Assembly: GCA_019056785.1 (NCBI GenBank)
Contig: DXJV01000062.1
Coordinates: forward strand, 1 to 64,000
Direction: 5' to 3'
DNA length: 64,000 nt
Origin: Candidatus Heimdallarchaeota archaeon
Lineage (GTDB): Archaea; Asgardarchaeota; Heimdallarchaeia; JABLTI01
The translations under genes were made by a program, and so were the position numbers. Numbering within the stretch: the stretch's first letter is position 1; every line of letters starts with the position of its first letter. The notes beneath the pieces were generated by a model. It was not told where the DNA came from. It did no database searches and worked only from the letters and a program-made list of their open reading frames with translations. Below are positions 20,343 through 29,513 of the stretch, one piece after another.

Positions 20343-21316
20343 AAAAGAAAGCCCTCATTACCTTTACCGCTTTGACTTGTATTATGGCAATTCTCTTGTC
20401 GACAACTGGTGCTTCTGCTTTAGAAGTCTCTTGGTCCATTGGTGTTCCTTATGAATATGGCTTCAAAGAATCCTTTTATAACGAATTATTCTATACTCTG
20501 AAAGATGGGAGCGTTGAAACGAAAATTAATGAGATGTCCTCACAATTCACCTTTATTGTTAATATTACAGCGATCGATAATGTTACACAGCGACTGGATT
20601 ATGATCTCATTAGCATTCCTTCAATTAATTATAACACTGGTATAGCATATAGCATGGCTTCCTATCTGTCGGCTGTTCCTTCTCCTGCTGCTTTTCTCTC
20701 TACGTTTCTACAATGGGATTTCCTTCACAATGAAACTGTTCTTGCTGGTTTTGATGTAATGCTCTATAGCCGCTTCTTTCTCGAACCCAATTGGACGGTT
20801 TTTAACGACCATTATAAGTCGCTGCTTAATACCTCTAGCATTCTTGACTCATTTGTCAACCCATACAATGGCTCTAAAATTGAAGCTATTACACTGGGGG
20901 AGCTCTTAGCTGCAAGTAATTCGTATTCAATTATGGGCGTTGAAAATGACCTTGAAGCTGCAAAAGCAAAGCTTACGCCCACCAACCGAGGTTTTAGCTT
21001 TTCCATCGATCTTGCTGGGACACTGAAATACAATTACTTTAACGGCACTGATATTCTCTTCATTCCTGCGTTCAAAGCACTTTTTAGCTCAAGTTTTCAA
21101 TATAGCGCTGAAGGTGTTCTGGAGTTCTTCCGGTATTCCTTTGAATTTGGCATTAACTATCCCGAAGTTTCCCAACTTTCCAGTCAAGATTATCACTATC
21201 AGTTAGGGGGGATTCCTTCTGAAAGTTCTTCCTTACCCTCTCTTTTTGTTGTACCCGCTGCCCTTGCTACTATTCTTTTAATTGTTGTTGTTCGCAAAGA
21301 GAAGAAAAAAGTTTAA
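20339..21316 (+). CDS. Surface protein paralog 2 (signal peptide, C-terminal TM plus basic tail)
   Basis: WDFLHNETVL, FFLEPNWTVFN and YSAEGVLE are shared with its neighbours. Confidence 0.8.
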   Translation: MKKKALITFTALTCIMAILLSTTGASALEVSWSIGVPYEYGFKESFYNELFYTLKDGSVETKINEMSSQFTFIVNITAIDNVTQRLDYDLISIPSINYNTGIAYSMASYLSAVPSPAAFLSTFLQWDFLHNETVLAGFDVMLYSRFFLEPNWTVFNDHYKSLLNTSSILDSFVNPYNGSKIEAITLGELLAASNSYSIMGVENDLEAAKAKLTPTNRGFSFSIDLAGTLKYNYFNGTDILFIPAFKALFSSSFQYSAEGVLEFFRYSFEFGINYPEVSQLSSQDYHYQLGGIPSESSSLPSLFVVPAALATILLIVVVRKEKKKV

Positions 21317-21413
21317 TTCTTTTAATCTTCTTTTTTTTTCACTTCTTTTTTCTAATAAATGCTTAAATGCCTACTTTTGATAGTTTATCAATAAAAACTA
21401 TTTGGTGGAAGAA

Positions 21414-21931
21414 TTGAATCGCAAAACCAAAATTCTTCTTGTTACTGTCGGATTGTTTTCTTTCTTAGCAACAAATATTCCGTTGGGTATTTATTTTGTC
21501 TTCGAACAAACAATTCAATCTGCTTGTTCCAAATATCACTCTCTCTAAAGGAAGTTCTTTCCATAGTGCTTAGTGCCACAATACTGGCTTTCCATTTTGT
21601 CCTTTCTTCCTTTTCAAAAAGATTCTTATACCCTTATGAAGGACTAGCCTACTTATAGGTGATTAAATGAATTTAATTAAAAAAACTTTGTTATTCCAAA
21701 CACTTTTCTTGGTGTTCTTAGCATAATGATGGCATTCTTAGCCACTTCAGCTTGTCAGAAGACTTCTCCTTTGAGAATCCTTTAATTTCCAAGACTTTTC
21801 ATCAAATTTATGACTATTGGTTAGGTGGTAACCCAAGTAAAAGTACTTCTCTCCCGTATAACTTGTTTATCCCTATTGCTTTGAGTGTTTTGGTCGTAAT
21901 AAAAGTTTTTAAGAAGAAAACGATTCACTAA
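21414..21931 (+). pseudogene. Collapsed remnant(s) of further array paralog(s)
   Basis: Signal-peptide start MNRKTKILLVTVGLFSFLA at 21414 resembles MKKSKFLLLVTVALL of paralog 3. A second SD plus ATG signal-like start lies at 21667. The region ends with the anchor GGNPSKSTSLPYNLFIPIALSVLVVIKVFKKKTIH*. Confidence 0.6.
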
Positions 21932-22025
21932 TTCTATCGTTTTTCTTCCATCTCTTTCTTTTTCTTAAGAAAATCTTAAATGGTCTAAAAATTATTATCT
22001 CATAAAAAGTTCTTATGGGTGAATT

Positions 22026-22967
22026 TTGAAGATGAAGAAAAGCAAATTTCTCCTCCTAGTTACTGTTGCCCTTCTTAGTGTTTTAGTTATGGGTTCCTCT
22101 TTTACCCGGGCTGTTTCTCCTGAATGGAATGTTGGTGACATCTATCTTTGGGGCACACTAGCACGATCGTATGCTGTTGAGAATGGGGTGAAGACAGAAA
22201 TCCTAATCACCTCTGAAGTTGAATATAATATCACTGGGATTAATACTCTAGACCTCGAGTTTGATGCTTATCGGACAACAACTTCTGGAAGGCAATTCTT
22301 GAATGACCGGAGTTATGGTGCGGATGATTTCATTAGTTCTGCCTTTCATCTAGGCTCCTTTGTAGGTGTTGATTATGAGTGGGATTATGAGCACAATCGA
22401 ACCGTATTAACCGAGTTTGTTGTTAGTTTAGACCCCTATTATCTCCTTGAACCTGATTGGGCAAAGATTAACAAAGCCTTTCGAGACATGCTTAATGGTT
22501 CTGAGATTATTGAGACGGTAAATGATCCCTATAGCTCTACGGTCTATAACTTTACCCTTCAAGAAGTAATGGACTACTTGAATGTCAAAATCAATGGGAA
22601 GAACTCCTTCGCCAGTGGTTGGAACAGTTTCACTGATAGCCGGACAAAGTGGAGTTTTGAGTTCGATTTGAGTGGTAAAGTAAATATGGGACAGAATAAC
22701 GGTACCATGATTCTTTATACTCCCTTTGAGAAAGCTACTATAAAGCTGGAAATCGAATATACCAAGGGTGGTGTTTTAGAAAAATCCTTGGCTTATCAAT
22801 ATGGAAAAATAACAATCGATGGTGAAACCTCAGAAGGTACCGAAGAAGCTAAAATTGCCCTTGGTGGGTTAAAGTCCGTCCAGGCTAATTTTGCCACTTT
22901 TGCCGCCTTGGGTGGTCTTGTCTTTGTAGCGGCAATCGTCCTCATACGAAAACGTCGCCAAAAATAA
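22026..22967 (+). CDS. Surface protein paralog 3 (signal peptide, C-terminal TM plus RKRRQK)
   Basis: WDYEHNRTVL, LLEPDWAKIN and YTKGGVLE. Confidence 0.8.
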   Translation: MKMKKSKFLLLVTVALLSVLVMGSSFTRAVSPEWNVGDIYLWGTLARSYAVENGVKTEILITSEVEYNITGINTLDLEFDAYRTTTSGRQFLNDRSYGADDFISSAFHLGSFVGVDYEWDYEHNRTVLTEFVVSLDPYYLLEPDWAKINKAFRDMLNGSEIIETVNDPYSSTVYNFTLQEVMDYLNVKINGKNSFASGWNSFTDSRTKWSFEFDLSGKVNMGQNNGTMILYTPFEKATIKLEIEYTKGGVLEKSLAYQYGKITIDGETSEGTEEAKIALGGLKSVQANFATFAALGGLVFVAAIVLIRKRRQK

Positions 22968-23133
22968 GCCAGCCATCAACTTCTTTTTTCCTTTTCTTTT
23001 TTTTATTTTTTTTAGGCTAATTTTCTCTTTAGCTTTTTGCCTTAACCTTAAATGATTTAAAAAGTGGAGTGTATTTATAGTGTGCATTTAAGAGAAATAA
23101 TCTTTTTTACAGCACTCGTTAGAGGAATTTGCC

Positions 23134-26100
23134 ATGGTGGGATCGCTGAAAAAACTCTTGCTTATACTCTTACTATTCATTACTCCCTTTTCTTCCTTAC
23201 TCCCAAGAATTATTGGAACTGTTACTGTTTCTCCACCGGCTATTGCTCGAAAGGCTCAGCCCTTTTCCCCATTTGAGCAATCTCTTCCTTCCACTGAGGG
23301 TGGTGTTCTTTGGGAATCTATTCATGAGCTTTCAGGAGATATTACTACTCCTCCGGTGGTTGCTTATCTTACAAGCGCTGAAGACGAGCAAGTTGTTTTT
23401 TTGGGTACTGAAGTTGGTCTTGCTTTGATTGCCGTTTCTACTGGTGAAATTTCTTGGTTCCATAATACTCCTGGGGCGGTTCTCAGTATTACTGTTGTTT
23501 CTGATCTTACTGGTGATAGTGTTAATGAGGTTTTTCTTACTCATGATAGTCAATTATTTAATAACACTGAATTGCTGAGTGGTTTGGATGGCTCTCTTCT
23601 CTGGTCCTTCCGTCCCACACAAAATTGCTGGGTGGATGGTCTTGGGTATACTTCCCAAGAGACAAAAAGCTGGTCCAGTTTGGTTCTTGATGATATTTCT
23701 TCTGATGGTCAGCCTGACTTTCTGATCACTTCTTACAATGCGGCTTTTGCTCTTGAAGGTTCGACTGGCAAACTTTTATGGTCCTATTTTGCTTCTGACG
23801 ATCTCTGGTCCTCTGCTTTACTTGATGATATTGATAATGATGGCTTTTCTGATGTTGCCTTGGGCTCTCAGGATGGTTACTTATTTGCTCTTAGTGCTCG
23901 TGATGGTTCTCTTCTCTGGCAAGTTCTTGCCACTCAACCTGAATCGACGGTTATTGACCTTGTTGGCACCATGTGGTTTGATCGGAGTGTTTTTAATGTT
24001 CTAACTATTCCAGATGTTTCTAGCGATGGTAAACAAGACCTTTTAATCACAAATGAGAATGGCTATTGCATTATTTATGACGCAATGAATGGCGAATCTT
24101 TGAGTCGGGTGAAAGTCTACTCCCGGACTGGTGAGGTTCCCCCAGAGTCTTATTATGGCAGCCAGGACTTTTATAATGTAGTTGCTTATCCTCTTTCCTC
24201 GAGTAGTTATCCGGGTGCCATTTTAACTGTTGGTCGTTCTTCTGTCACTTTTGGTAATAGTAGTTTTACGTTGTTAACCCTTGATGGAGATGAATTGTCT
24301 ATTGAATGGACTAGCACTTCTCTTCCTTCTGCAGACATTCGAGGGTATGCTGCTTTTGAAGCTGAAGATTTGACTGGCAATTACACCAAGCTTATTACTC
24401 CAACAGGGACCGAGAATGAAAACAATATCCGTGAGATTGAGGTGCGTTCCCTGGAAAACAATTCCATTGTTGCTATTTGGGAGATACCCGTCTTCTGTAG
24501 TTCTTTCTCAGAGAATTTTAATTTTATGGAGAACTCCTTTACCTACCCGTTTCGTGGCAATTATGCTCTTCTTGTTGATGATTTCAATGGCACTTCCAGC
24601 CCTGAAGTGTTAATCTATCTGACAAATGCTGGTCTTTTCGCTTTGGATGGTGACACAGGCGAGGAGCTTTGGCGTCAAACTTTAGTCCAAAAAGTCTCGA
24701 TGGAAGCTTTTACTGATGTAAACAAGGATGGGACAATTGATTTACTCCGAAAGAAGCTCTTTTACCCTGAGAGCTTTCAACAAGACTATTATTTATATTC
24801 AGAGCTGGCTGTTCTTTCAGGTACTACTGGTGAGCTTCTCTGGAATTTCTCTCTACCTATTAAAGAGCTGGCTCAGATTGGCGGTGGCTTTTCTGATTAC
24901 ATTTTCACTGAAGACCTGACTGGTGATAATGTTAGTGATTTATGGGTTGTGGCTCAAGAGGGTGACGAGATCGAAGGCTTATTAGATAATGCTTCCAAGA
25001 TTTACCTTTTGGATGGTACTACGGGCGCTGTTGTTTGGGAAAAGTTTGCCACTGACCCTTCTTTTGTGTATTCGAAAGAGCAGCTCCGCATTACTTCTGT
25101 GGCCACGATTCACGACCAGAATGGCGATAATGTTACTGACTTATTAGTTGCTTGTGAACGAAGTATTGTTTATTGTATGAGTGGTCTTACTGGAGAACCG
25201 CTCTGGAACCTTTCTCGAGAGGTCCCAAGCTTCTTCCCAAATTATCGTAGTTTCATTCCATGGGCGAGTACGATTATTAATGCCGGCAATATTCTTGGCA
25301 ATGAAACAGAGGATTTTATTTTCATTGGTGATGATAGCAAGGTTAGAATGGTGGATTCCGATAATTTTTCAACAGTCTTTTGGGAATGGTCCCTTAGTGA
25401 TTATTGGGTTAATTATCGTAGTTATCTTTTTCAAAGGGATATTACTGAGAATGTTAGTTGTCTGGTGTTCACTGCAAATAGGCCTGAGTCTTCCCATTCT
25501 ATTATTCTTAATCTCACTTCTGGCGAACCTCTTCTCATTGCAGAAGGCGACTTAACTCAACAGATTTACAAGCTTTTTGTGGTAGATTTTAACTACGATG
25601 GTTTTAAGGACCATATCTTATTCAAGCCCTATAAAACTGCAGGACTTGATGCGGGAATATATATTATTGATAGTGTTACAGGGTCCTTGTTAAGCTATTA
25701 CTCTTTACATAAGCCCCAGTATGATACTAACACCTGGATTTTCGAGCAATTTTTCAGAGCAGGTGTGACTGACTTTTTCGATGTTATAGATGATATGGAT
25801 GACGATGCAATCCCTGAACTGATTTTAGGTTATTCCATTGGGCGGTATAATGAAGATGAAGAAAATCAGGGTATGGTCATTGAAATTATTAGTCCTGGAA
25901 CATTCAAAGCAGAAATGATTAAACGCTTTGAAATTGTGAAGGAAGAAATAGACCAATTCTCTCGCCCACCACTTTATATTGCTCCCTTTGTCAAAAACCT
26001 TGGTGATATTTCTGGCGATGGTCTGTCAGATATTCTTGTTACTTTAATGGATTATAACTATGATTTTGTCAGTTCTATTGTTAGTTTGGACCCTAATTTG

Positions 26101-26628
26101 GAGAAGGACGAAGAAGACTTCTCACTCCTCTGGAAACAACTCGAGTTGCCTATTTTCGATGCTCTAGATCCCACTAAATTAACTGGTTTGCTGAATAGTA
26201 AATTGGTTTGTACGGATTATTTTGGTCGTGTGATTCCTGTTGATAATGCCTTTGAAGTTGTTATTAATTCCTTTGAAGTTATTAAGAAAGCAACAGGAAA
26301 TTACTTGATTAGCTGGGAAACTACTGCTGACTCGGTTATTTCTGAGGTCTTTCTGAATGGTTTATTAGTTGCTATTACAACAGAGTCAGAGTATCAGCTA
26401 TTCTTGGGAAATGAGGCTTATAATATTAGCATTGTTGTCATTGATCCTTATGGTATCAAAGCTTACACTCAATTGTTCTATAAAGTTGACCACTTTAATA
26501 GTCTGTTTGTTGTCTGGATTATTATTGGAGTGGTATTAGTTTCCTATTTTGGCTTGAAAATTATCTTCAAAGTAAAGAAGAAGGAAGACTTGACTCAATT
26601 CGGCCCTGAGATCAATTTACCGAGGTAA
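23134..26628 (+). CDS. Large PQQ-like/FG-GAP beta-propeller surface protein with C-terminal TM
   Basis: Many DxxxDGxxD Ca-binding loops (DLTGDSVNE, DIDNDGFSD, DVNKDGTID, DFNYDGFKD) and 'G.LLW' propeller motifs. Confidence 0.85.
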   Translation: MVGSLKKLLLILLLFITPFSSLLPRIIGTVTVSPPAIARKAQPFSPFEQSLPSTEGGVLWESIHELSGDITTPPVVAYLTSAEDEQVVFLGTEVGLALIAVSTGEISWFHNTPGAVLSITVVSDLTGDSVNEVFLTHDSQLFNNTELLSGLDGSLLWSFRPTQNCWVDGLGYTSQETKSWSSLVLDDISSDGQPDFLITSYNAAFALEGSTGKLLWSYFASDDLWSSALLDDIDNDGFSDVALGSQDGYLFALSARDGSLLWQVLATQPESTVIDLVGTMWFDRSVFNVLTIPDVSSDGKQDLLITNENGYCIIYDAMNGESLSRVKVYSRTGEVPPESYYGSQDFYNVVAYPLSSSSYPGAILTVGRSSVTFGNSSFTLLTLDGDELSIEWTSTSLPSADIRGYAAFEAEDLTGNYTKLITPTGTENENNIREIEVRSLENNSIVAIWEIPVFCSSFSENFNFMENSFTYPFRGNYALLVDDFNGTSSPEVLIYLTNAGLFALDGDTGEELWRQTLVQKVSMEAFTDVNKDGTIDLLRKKLFYPESFQQDYYLYSELAVLSGTTGELLWNFSLPIKELAQIGGGFSDYIFTEDLTGDNVSDLWVVAQEGDEIEGLLDNASKIYLLDGTTGAVVWEKFATDPSFVYSKEQLRITSVATIHDQNGDNVTDLLVACERSIVYCMSGLTGEPLWNLSREVPSFFPNYRSFIPWASTIINAGNILGNETEDFIFIGDDSKVRMVDSDNFSTVFWEWSLSDYWVNYRSYLFQRDITENVSCLVFTANRPESSHSIILNLTSGEPLLIAEGDLTQQIYKLFVVDFNYDGFKDHILFKPYKTAGLDAGIYIIDSVTGSLLSYYSLHKPQYDTNTWIFEQFFRAGVTDFFDVIDDMDDDAIPELILGYSIGRYNEDEENQGMVIEIISPGTFKAEMIKRFEIVKEEIDQFSRPPLYIAPFVKNLGDISGDGLSDILVTLMDYNYDFVSSIVSLDPNLEKDEEDFSLLWKQLELPIFDALDPTKLTGLLNSKLVCTDYFGRVIPVDNAFEVVINSFEVIKKATGNYLISWETTADSVISEVFLNGLLVAITTESEYQLFLGNEAYNISIVVIDPYGIKAYTQLFYKVDHFNSLFVVWIIIGVVLVSYFGLKIIFKVKKKEDLTQFGPEINLPR

Positions 26629-26633
26629 AGAAA

Positions 26634-27740
26634 ATGACCTATCAAGAGAATTTCCCGGAAAAACAGCAACAATTTGCTGCGCCCCCCACAATTGCTGAAG
26701 AAGAGATTGAGGTTGATGAAAGCATAGCTATCCAGACATTCGGTTTGAAGAAATATTTTGGTCGGGGTTACAATCTCGTCAAAGCAGTCGATGGTATTAA
26801 CCTCGAGGTGAAAGCCGGCGAAATTCATGGCTTTCTTGGACCAAATGGCGCTGGGAAAACAACTACAATGCTTATGCTTGCTGGGACCTTACGCCCCACT
26901 GCTGGGAAGGGGTTTATCTTTGGTAAGCCTATTGGCACTCCTGCAGCGAACAAGTTGTTAGGCGTAGCTATTGCCAACCCTCAGTTCTGGAAGACTATGA
27001 GTGCTTACAAATATTTGGTCTATATGGGGCAACTTGCCGGCTTGCGAAAGAGCTTGGCAAAAGAACGCGCTAAAGAGTTTATGCACATTCTTGAGATGAC
27101 AAAGCACGGCCATCGTTTACCTGTTGCCTTCTCGACAGGCATGAAAGCAAAGTTGGCTGTGGCTCAAGCCCTAATGGCTCATCCCAAGATAGCCATTCTC
27201 GATGAAAGCACTGCAGGACTAGACCCTGAGTCGCGCTTTAAGTTAGTCAACACTATTAAAGAATTGGCTCAAATTCTTAATGTTAGCATTTTTGTTTCAG
27301 GCCATATTCTCACTGAGATTGAGAAGCTCGTCTCTCGGGTGACGATTATTGTCAAAGGAAAGATTGGCTTGACCACGACGATTCGCGAGATGCGCAAAGA
27401 GTTTTCGACAGGGCAATTTGCTCTCGAGTGCACTAACCCCCAGCAAGTGATGCAAGACCTCTTTAACCTGGGTGTTACCAGTCAGATCTTTATGGACCAC
27501 AATGATGTAATCATCTTCCAAAGTGAGTTCATCGATTATGTTTATGCTCAATTACCTGAGATTCTCCGTCGAAACGGCTCGAGTTTGATGCGGTTTGCCC
27601 CCCTTGAAGTGACGCTCGAGGAAGTGTTCATTAATGTAATTTCCAAGAGATACGGTGCTGACTTTTTATTCGAAGAAGAGCGATTATTTGAAGAACGACT
27701 CTCTCGTAAAGCGCGTAGAGGTTTGAAGAAATGGAGGTGA
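26634..27740 (+). CDS. ABC-2 type transporter ATP-binding protein
   Basis: GPNGAGKTT, FSTGM signature variant and ILDESTAGLDP. Confidence 0.9.
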   Translation: MTYQENFPEKQQQFAAPPTIAEEEIEVDESIAIQTFGLKKYFGRGYNLVKAVDGINLEVKAGEIHGFLGPNGAGKTTTMLMLAGTLRPTAGKGFIFGKPIGTPAANKLLGVAIANPQFWKTMSAYKYLVYMGQLAGLRKSLAKERAKEFMHILEMTKHGHRLPVAFSTGMKAKLAVAQALMAHPKIAILDESTAGLDPESRFKLVNTIKELAQILNVSIFVSGHILTEIEKLVSRVTIIVKGKIGLTTTIREMRKEFSTGQFALECTNPQQVMQDLFNLGVTSQIFMDHNDVIIFQSEFIDYVYAQLPEILRRNGSSLMRFAPLEVTLEEVFINVISKRYGADFLFEEERLFEERLSRKARRGLKKWR

Positions 27741-28789
27741 AAGACATGAGTGAAATATCCCCCCCAATAGAAAAAATCGAGTTCATTCCAGTCGAACTTT
27801 TGGAGAAGAAAAAGAAAAAGCCAAAGAAAGAGCGTCGTTATAATGGCTTGGGGATTATCTTCCAAAAGACTTTCCTCGAGTTATTTAGCTTAAAACGAGT
27901 GATTCCTTATATTCTTCTCTCAGTTATCTTTCCCTTCATTTTTTCTGCTATTCTCACTGGCACACTTGGCAATATTGGTGTTATGAATCTAGATTATCAA
28001 ATTGATATTGTTGTGAATTATTTTACTTTTTATGCCTTCTTCTGGAATGCTGGGATTCTCCTTTGGCTGTTCTGTGGGCTCTCAGCCACCACTTTTATCT
28101 CGAGTGAAATTAATCAAGGAACGATGATTTTTCTCTTAACAAAACCCATCCGCCGGAGCACCATCTACATTGGCAAATATCTTGGCTATTTGGTTAATAT
28201 GATTATCATGCAATTTTTCTCCCTTCTCATAGCATTAACAACAACTTGCACGATTTTCCGCGTCTCTAGAAAGGTTTTTGCCACAGGAATGTATTATTTC
28301 ATCCCCATTTTCCTGTTCTCAATTCTCATAATTGCTTGTGTTGGGTTAATTTTAGGCTTCCTCTCCATTATTAACAAACGCGTTGTGGTTGGCGTTCTCG
28401 TGAATATGTTGCTTATTATTACTATTTATTTCTTAGGAATCATTCTCCGTTTAGCCATACCCCAGTTCTATACAACCTATCATCTCTATTTATTGGACTT
28501 GGGCTACAACTTGAGCTTAATCTTTCTCTTTTTCTTAAGTGGTTTTGGTTTCCAACCGATACCAACTTTTCAGAAAAATATGGGGTTGTTTTTTGGCACC
28601 TACCCAACAATGTTAGGTGATACCTCTAAATATCTTGATAGTCTTGATCCTGAAAATGGCATTACCATTATTTCATCGGTTAATAGCTACATCAGTCCCA
28701 TCGTGAGTTTAATAGTATTAGTTTCAATAACCGTCTTCCTACTCATCTTGGGATTGATAATCCTCGAAAGAAAAGATATCAGCCCTTAA
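27731..28789 (+). CDS. ABC-2 type permease
   Basis: About 6 TM helices; 'ISSEINQGTMIFLLTKPIRRSTIYIGKY' is a typical ABC-2 membrane motif. Confidence 0.88.
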   Translation: MEVKDMSEISPPIEKIEFIPVELLEKKKKKPKKERRYNGLGIIFQKTFLELFSLKRVIPYILLSVIFPFIFSAILTGTLGNIGVMNLDYQIDIVVNYFTFYAFFWNAGILLWLFCGLSATTFISSEINQGTMIFLLTKPIRRSTIYIGKYLGYLVNMIIMQFFSLLIALTTTCTIFRVSRKVFATGMYYFIPIFLFSILIIACVGLILGFLSIINKRVVVGVLVNMLLIITIYFLGIILRLAIPQFYTTYHLYLLDLGYNLSLIFLFFLSGFGFQPIPTFQKNMGLFFGTYPTMLGDTSKYLDSLDPENGITIISSVNSYISPIVSLIVLVSITVFLLILGLIILERKDISP

Positions 28790-28839
28790 CTTATTGTTTG
28801 CTGTATAAATCCCCCTTCAAACTGGCGTTCTATGTCGTT

Positions 28840-29205
28840 TCATCTATCATCAACAACTGCAGGTTTTTCTATCACTACTCTCTTTCCTTCCAGTAATGTT
28901 CTTAGAAGTTTTATTCTCCCAGACTTGAAGAGCCGCCAACTAGTTCCTCGCGAGACACTCATTAATTGCCCAGCTTCATCTTGATTCAACCCTTCAAAGT
29001 CTACCAAACGCATTGCTTCATACTCGGCAATGGTCAACATAATTTTCTCTTTGCTTTTCAATGGTTTTGGTACTAGTTCTTTTATTTCCGGGAGAGCTTC
29101 TATTACTATTTCCTTTAATGGCCTTCCTCTCCCTCGTTCTCTTTGTCTATCTTGAAACCCTCTTGCACCTCCCCTGCGTCCCCTTCGATGATAATAGTCT
29201 CTCAT
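28840..29205 (-). CDS. DUF134 family HTH DNA-binding protein (copy 1)
   Basis: RGRP and EYEAMRLVDFEGLNQDEAGQLMSVSRGT. Confidence 0.88.
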   Translation of the reverse strand: MRDYYHRRGRRGGARGFQDRQRERGRGRPLKEIVIEALPEIKELVPKPLKSKEKIMLTIAEYEAMRLVDFEGLNQDEAGQLMSVSRGTSWRLFKSGRIKLLRTLLEGKRVVIEKPAVVDDR

Positions 29206-29262
29206 TTTTCTTGTCTCTTTCTTCTTCTATTGCTTTAGTCTGCCTTCTTGCACCTATTAATT

Positions 29263-29284
29263 TTTTTGTTCGTATGAACAAAAA
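29263..29284. promoter_or_regulatory. 22-bp palindrome TTTTTGTTCGTATGAACAAAAA, putative DUF134 operator
   Basis: Lies 58-79 nt upstream of DUF134 copy 1; a near-identical site sits upstream of copy 2. Confidence 0.65.
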
Positions 29285-29513
29285 TAGCCTTTAATTGAAC
29301 ATTCTCATTTTTTATGAATGCTGTAATATAGAGTAGAAAATTTTTGATGGTAACGAAAATAAATAGTAGAGAACAAAAATAATAGCATAAAAAAAAAGGT
29401 CTATACCCTAGAATTGGCAATTACTTTTAGATGATTTATTGGTGCTATTAAAACTATGAAAACATTTACTTAAAACATAAAAAAAGAAAAAAATCATTCA
29501 GAATTTGAATGAT

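Noticed and set aside
19340-22967. Diversity-generating retroelement targets
   Set aside because: There is no reverse transcriptase and no near-identical template/variable repeat pair; the paralogs are diverged along their whole length.
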